Below, piece by piece: positions 59,839 through 64,000 of a stretch of 64,000 nt of DNA. Position numbers and translations under genes: made by a program. This stretch comes from Alphaproteobacteria bacterium. GTDB lineage: Bacteria; Pseudomonadota; Alphaproteobacteria; Rs-D84. Below the pieces are notes generated by a model that had not been told where the DNA came from, ran no database searches, and saw nothing but the letters and a program-made list of their open reading frames with translations. Location: the NCBI GenBank assembly GCA_009783145.1, contig WRHR01000004.1, forward strand, positions 3,691 to 67,690. The letters are read 5' to 3'. The stretch's first letter is position 1, and every line of letters starts with the position of its first letter.

Positions 59839-62078
59839 AGAAATTCTTTATTCTTTATTCTTTATTCGCTCGACGCTTTGCGTCTGTGCGTATCCTCGTA
59901 AAGGCAACAAGTTGCCTACTCGGATTCTTTATTCTCTACGCCGCTGGCGCAGCGCAAGGTGCGAGTCTGGACGCCGACGCGCCAAAGACTATTACGGCGG
60001 ATAAGATAGAATACGATGTAAAGGCGAAATCGATACAAACCACCGGCAAGACGACCATAGTGAACCAGACGGGCCAAAGGGTCACTTTGGTGGATGCGTA
60101 TCTGGGCGACAGGAATACGGACGCGGGGGGGCGAAATGTGGTAATGTACTTGTCGCTGCGCACGCGGGTCACTGCCGAAAGACTGGAAAAAAACGGGGAC
60201 ATAACGATTGCGAAAAGGCCGACCTATACCACCTGCGCCAATTGCGGCGATTATACGGAAGCCTGGCATATTTCCGCGTCCAAGCTGAAGCATAACAATG
60301 TGGAGCACGAATTGACGTTCTATGACCCTGTTTTGTGGTTTTATGACGTTCCCGTATTCTGGTTCCCGCGGATGGACTATCCCGATCCCACGGTTAAGTA
60401 TAAAAGCGGCTTTTTGTTTCCGTATCTGAACTCCACGAATAATATGGGCATGCAGATTAATCTGCCGCTGTATCTGAATTTTTCGGATTATCATGACGCT
60501 ACGATCATCGCGTCGTATCTGACGGCGGAAAATCCGCTGTGGCAGGCCGAGCATCGCCTGAACCTGAATCATTCCAGCATGCTGACCCGCGGGTCTTACA
60601 CTCGCAACCAGGCGGGCGCGGACAGATGGCATGTCTTCAACAACGATCGCGCGGACTTGGGCGATAACGCGCGAATATTTCTGTTCTTCGACAGGACCTC
60701 GGACAAGACTTATCTTCAGCAGTACGACTTTTACAACGACCAGCCGTATTTGGACTCCGGCGCGCGGCTGGAAATGTTCGCGACATCGGGCTATGCCACG
60801 ACCGAGGCGCACTTTTTCCAGGAATTACGCGTTTTAAGCGGGAACTATAACAATCCGTCCGGGGATATCCTGCCTAATATTCACGGAGTTTATCAGACGG
60901 CACCTTTTTATGGAAATACATATCTTTCGTTTATGGGCGACGTGCTGGGGATTAATAAAAGCAGCGGCTCCAGCCAGCGCCTGATAGGCAGCGCGCAGGT
61001 AGTGTCCCCATGGGTTCTGCCGATGGGGCAAAAGGTGACGCTGGCACTCAGCGCGCGCTATGACGCTTATAACTTCATAAATACGCAAATATACGGCGAT
61101 CCGGATGATTTTACCGGCATGCGCGCGCGCTTTCTGCCGTCCGGATACGCAGAATGGTCCCTGCCCTTTATAAGAATTGGCTCTGGCGGGCCTGCCGCCC
61201 GAAGCCTTGGCGAAGGGGGGTGGACGCATATTTTGGAACCGAAAGCTCGCCTGACGATTCAGCGCCACATGGAGTCGCCAGGGTTTGTAAATACTGATTC
61301 GGCAGGATCCTTGCTTTCGGATGCGATGCTGTTTTCCGACAACAGGCTGGCGGGATATGACCTGTGGGCGAACGGCAACTATGCGGATTATGGCATCAAT
61401 TGGACGGCGTTTTCAAAAAACGACTGGTCCAGCGAGGTTTTTCTGGGCGCGTCGTATGATTTTTACGAGCCAAGCAGCCTTGACCCAAATTCGGGATTCC
61501 ACGACGGCATGTCGGACTATGTCGGGCGCATAGGGCTCTATTCGGGCGATTGGCTGAGAGTTTTGAACAGGTTCCGGTTCGCGAACGAAAATATGGCGCT
61601 GCGGCATTTGGAATCGACGCTGCGCGTCGGTTCCGGCGACTATGTCGAAGCGGGATATATACGCGCTACTCAATTCACGAACGCGCTTGTTCTGGACAGG
61701 ATAATAAGCGAGGCCCTGCTTGGCGGCGGGATTTATCTGACGACGCGTCTTTCCGCCCGAGCGCGCGTCATTTACAATATCACGGACAACGGAATACAAC
61801 GGTTGAACGCGGGCTTGTATTACGACCATCCTTGCTATACAATGTCGCTTGATTTCTTCAAGGACGGCGCGGTCAGGATTTATCCGGACGGAGAAAACTA
61901 TTACGGAGGAACGCGGGTGAGGTTCGGGTTTGCGTTAAAATTGACCGAGGACAGCAAGTATGTAATGAAGAAGCGCGAAGTGCAGGACTATAATAGATAC
62001 GAAACCGAAGAAACTTATTTGAACGGGCCGACGGAAACCGGCGGCAAGAACATGGGTAAGGAGATAACAATAAGATGA
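59835..62078 (+). CDS. lptD: LPS assembly protein LptD
   Basis: ITAD...YD, YTTC..C..W, P.FWFP, SGFLFP, C-terminal beta barrel. Confidence 0.88.
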   Translation: MKKFFILYSLFARRFASVRILVKATSCLLGFFILYAAGAAQGASLDADAPKTITADKIEYDVKAKSIQTTGKTTIVNQTGQRVTLVDAYLGDRNTDAGGRNVVMYLSLRTRVTAERLEKNGDITIAKRPTYTTCANCGDYTEAWHISASKLKHNNVEHELTFYDPVLWFYDVPVFWFPRMDYPDPTVKYKSGFLFPYLNSTNNMGMQINLPLYLNFSDYHDATIIASYLTAENPLWQAEHRLNLNHSSMLTRGSYTRNQAGADRWHVFNNDRADLGDNARIFLFFDRTSDKTYLQQYDFYNDQPYLDSGARLEMFATSGYATTEAHFFQELRVLSGNYNNPSGDILPNIHGVYQTAPFYGNTYLSFMGDVLGINKSSGSSQRLIGSAQVVSPWVLPMGQKVTLALSARYDAYNFINTQIYGDPDDFTGMRARFLPSGYAEWSLPFIRIGSGGPAARSLGEGGWTHILEPKARLTIQRHMESPGFVNTDSAGSLLSDAMLFSDNRLAGYDLWANGNYADYGINWTAFSKNDWSSEVFLGASYDFYEPSSLDPNSGFHDGMSDYVGRIGLYSGDWLRVLNRFRFANENMALRHLESTLRVGSGDYVEAGYIRATQFTNALVLDRIISEALLGGGIYLTTRLSARARVIYNITDNGIQRLNAGLYYDHPCYTMSLDFFKDGAVRIYPDGENYYGGTRVRFGFALKLTEDSKYVMKKREVQDYNRYETEETYLNGPTETGGKNMGKEITIR
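59843..59937 (+). repeat. ATTCTTT array in the LptD signal peptide, interrupted by a palindrome-containing insert
   Basis: x4 at 59843-59870, insert containing aggcaac aa gttgcct, x2 at 59924-59937. Confidence 0.8.
61191..61220. repeat. REP-like family A, in frame in lptD
   Basis: cctgccgcccgaagccttggcgaagggggg; encodes PAARSLGEGG. Confidence 0.85.
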
Positions 62079-62920
62079 TGAAAAAAATATTTATTCTTTA
62101 TTCTTTATTCTTTATTCTTTGTTGCAATCACGCTAGTGCAGCTAGCGTGGTTGCAACGATAAACGGCGCTCCGATAACGGATGCCGACGTGACGGCGCGG
62201 GTCAAGCTGATGGCGGCCCAGGGACAGAATTATACCGATAACCGCAGGCGCGCGCTTAATAATATGATAGACGACAGCGTAAAGCTGAAATACGCCGAGA
62301 ATTTCAAGATAGCGCCATCCGACGCGGACGTGAAGAACGAGCTGAAATCAATGGCAAGCCGCGGATTGGATTTGTCGGCATTAAGCGCTACTGATTTGGA
62401 AATGGCAAAATCCGCAGTCCGCGCGAATATAGCATGGCAGATAATAATCGGTCGGACGATAATGCCGACTATTTCCGTATCCAAAGAAGATATCGCGACG
62501 GAGATTGTGGATTTGGAGCGCGCGCGCGGTCTGCCTATAGAGGTGACGTTCGTACGCTTGACCGATATTCCAGAACAGGCGGCAGGGAAACTCACCGCAC
62601 CGAAAAGTTGCGATGACGCGATGCGAATAGCGGAGAATTTGGGCGGCTGGCCGCAGAAAATAACCGCTCCGCAGTACGAGTTAAGCGAAGATATCCGCGC
62701 CCGCATGGTTGACTTGCCGGAGTTGAAATGGTCGCCTCGCGTTGATAACTCGGTGATTTTGGTTTGCGGAAAGAAGAAAATGAAGGATTACGGGCAGCTG
62801 GACGATATGGTAAAGCAAAACGCGATATGGAAAAAAGCGATGTTCCAAGGCGATCAGCAGTTAAAGCAGCTCCGCCGCAAAGCCGTGATAGTTATTATTG
62901 ATGAGAGGTATAAATTGTAA
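62075..62920 (+). CDS. SurA-like periplasmic chaperone
   Basis: VATINGAPIT..DV..R; C-terminal LKQLRRKAVI; follows lptD. Confidence 0.8.
   Translation: MMKKIFILYSLFFILCCNHASAASVVATINGAPITDADVTARVKLMAAQGQNYTDNRRRALNNMIDDSVKLKYAENFKIAPSDADVKNELKSMASRGLDLSALSATDLEMAKSAVRANIAWQIIIGRTIMPTISVSKEDIATEIVDLERARGLPIEVTFVRLTDIPEQAAGKLTAPKSCDDAMRIAENLGGWPQKITAPQYELSEDIRARMVDLPELKWSPRVDNSVILVCGKKKMKDYGQLDDMVKQNAIWKKAMFQGDQQLKQLRRKAVIVIIDERYKL
62093..62120 (+). repeat. (ATTCTTT)x4 in the SurA signal peptide
   Basis: Four perfect units; encodes ILYSLFFIL. Confidence 0.9.
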
Positions 62921-62922
62921 AA

Positions 62923-62979
62923 ACGCCGCACCCGGGTCCCAGCGAAATCTATGATTTCGCTGGGTGGGCATTGCGGCGT
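62923..62979. repeat. Terminator-like stem with a family B palindrome (62931-62968) in its loop
   Basis: acgccgca[cccgggtcccagcgaaatc tat gatttcgctgggtggg]cat tgcggcgt. Confidence 0.8.
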
Positions 62980-62982
62980 GTA

Positions 62983-63360
62983 TTATTTTTTATTTAACTG
63001 AACTATCACGCTGTTATCATATGTGCACATCGCGCCGGTTGCACCGTCAACAATCAATCCGGGTATTCCACCAAAAACTACATTACCGATAATCCATGGA
63101 TTAACGCCGGAGCTTGCAACGGCATAGGATTGTTTATTATAACGGTCTTCCAAAACTTGAATTGTAACATCGCGGCAAGATTTCGGCACAGTCAGCAAGG
63201 TCGGCAATACCAAAGTTTGCGTGCCTGTGCGGGAAGTGATTTGCGCCCATGCGGGGCTTCCGTCGCTGGTCATAATGTTTATCGTATCCGGTCTGCCGTC
63301 AACGATAGAGGCACACCCAGCCAAAGATAAAGCGCCGAAAGCAATTATTAATTTTCTCAT
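62983..63360 (-). CDS. Small lipoprotein
   Basis: MRKLIIAFGALSLAGCASIV lipobox; GNVVFGG.PGLIVD.ATGA motif. Confidence 0.8.
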   Translation of the reverse strand: MRKLIIAFGALSLAGCASIVDGRPDTINIMTSDGSPAWAQITSRTGTQTLVLPTLLTVPKSCRDVTIQVLEDRYNKQSYAVASSGVNPWIIGNVVFGGIPGLIVDGATGAMCTYDNSVIVQLNKK

Positions 63361-63493
63361 TTTAATCCCCTTTTGATTAGGAATTATATCAAATTCGCAA
63401 TTTACGATAAAGGCAAAAGCCGCAATCCGCCGCTTAACAAAAGCATTATATTTTTGTTTGTCTAATAAAATTACATAGGATATAATTAGTCTT

Positions 63494-64000
63494 ATGGATA
63501 ACAAACCCATCCTTTTTAATATGACGTCGGCCCAATTGGAACAATTTGTGGTCGGATTGGGTCAGCCGAAATTTCGCGCAAAGCAAGTTGCAGAATGGCT
63601 GCGCCGCGGCGCTCCTGATTTTTCCGTAATGAAAAACTTGCCGGAATCCTTGCGCAGACAGCTTGATGAAGTTGCAGTCACCCTGCCCTGTGAAATCGTA
63701 AAAAAACTGGAATCTGACGACGGCCAGACTACGAAATTCTTATTGAGGTGTTCCCCTCCTGTGGAGGGGTGGATTGCGAGCGAAGCGAAGCAAGACGGGG
63801 TGGTTCGTTTAATGCCCGAAGATTACAAAAACCACCCCGGCGCTACGCGCCACCCCTCCACAGGAGGGGAACACATAGAAACGGTCTTAATGCGCACAAG
63901 CTATGGCAACTCCGTCTGCGTGTCGTCGCAAGTAGGCTGCGCAATGGGATGCAAGTTCTGCGCAAGCACTTTGCTGGGCCTGAAGCGCAATCTGACTGCA
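63494..64000 (+). CDS. rlmN: Dual-specificity RNA methyltransferase RlmN, partial
   Basis: Manual translation: PKFRAKQV..W, IETVLM, CVSSQVGCAMGCKFCAS, LKRNLT. Confidence 0.93.
   Translation, partial: MDNKPILFNMTSAQLEQFVVGLGQPKFRAKQVAEWLRRGAPDFSVMKNLPESLRRQLDEVAVTLPCEIVKKLESDDGQTTKFLLRCSPPVEGWIASEAKQDGVVRLMPEDYKNHPGATRHPSTGGEHIETVLMRTSYGNSVCVSSQVGCAMGCKFCASTLLGLKRNLTA
63748..63874. mobile_element. 127-bp MITE/REP-like palindrome in frame in rlmN
   Basis: Perfect 25-bp terminal inverted repeat gtgttcccctcctgtggaggggtgg, plus inner ggggtggtt/aaccacccc. Confidence 0.88.

Overview
Core-chromosome segment of a small-genome alphaproteobacterium (inferred from the alpha-type SspB, type-B L36, a Rickettsiales-like virB3-virB4 pair and infC separated from rpmI-rplT). 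It holds about 55 mostly housekeeping genes and 3 tRNAs (Thr-CGT, Cys-GCA, Val-TAC). The most unusual feature is a dispersed system of more than 30 short tandem arrays built from about 13 different 7-bp units, plus 6-bp and 8-bp variants. Many arrays occur as inverted pairs, some with conserved loop cores. They lie at gene junctions, where they often supply the stop codon, and in frame inside essential genes, where variant units fall exactly at the phase that would otherwise create a stop. Three signal peptides are built from them. One array sits directly in front of a four-helix-bundle (23S-IVP/Avd-like) gene that is missing from the ORF track and is a candidate partner protein. At least three further REP-like palindrome families insert in frame into genes, into the arrays and behind tRNAs. 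Also present: a mini att-flanked element at tRNA-Cys, a GNAT gene frameshifted at a G7 tract, and a DnaA-box-like cluster. All calls were made by eye without database searches.
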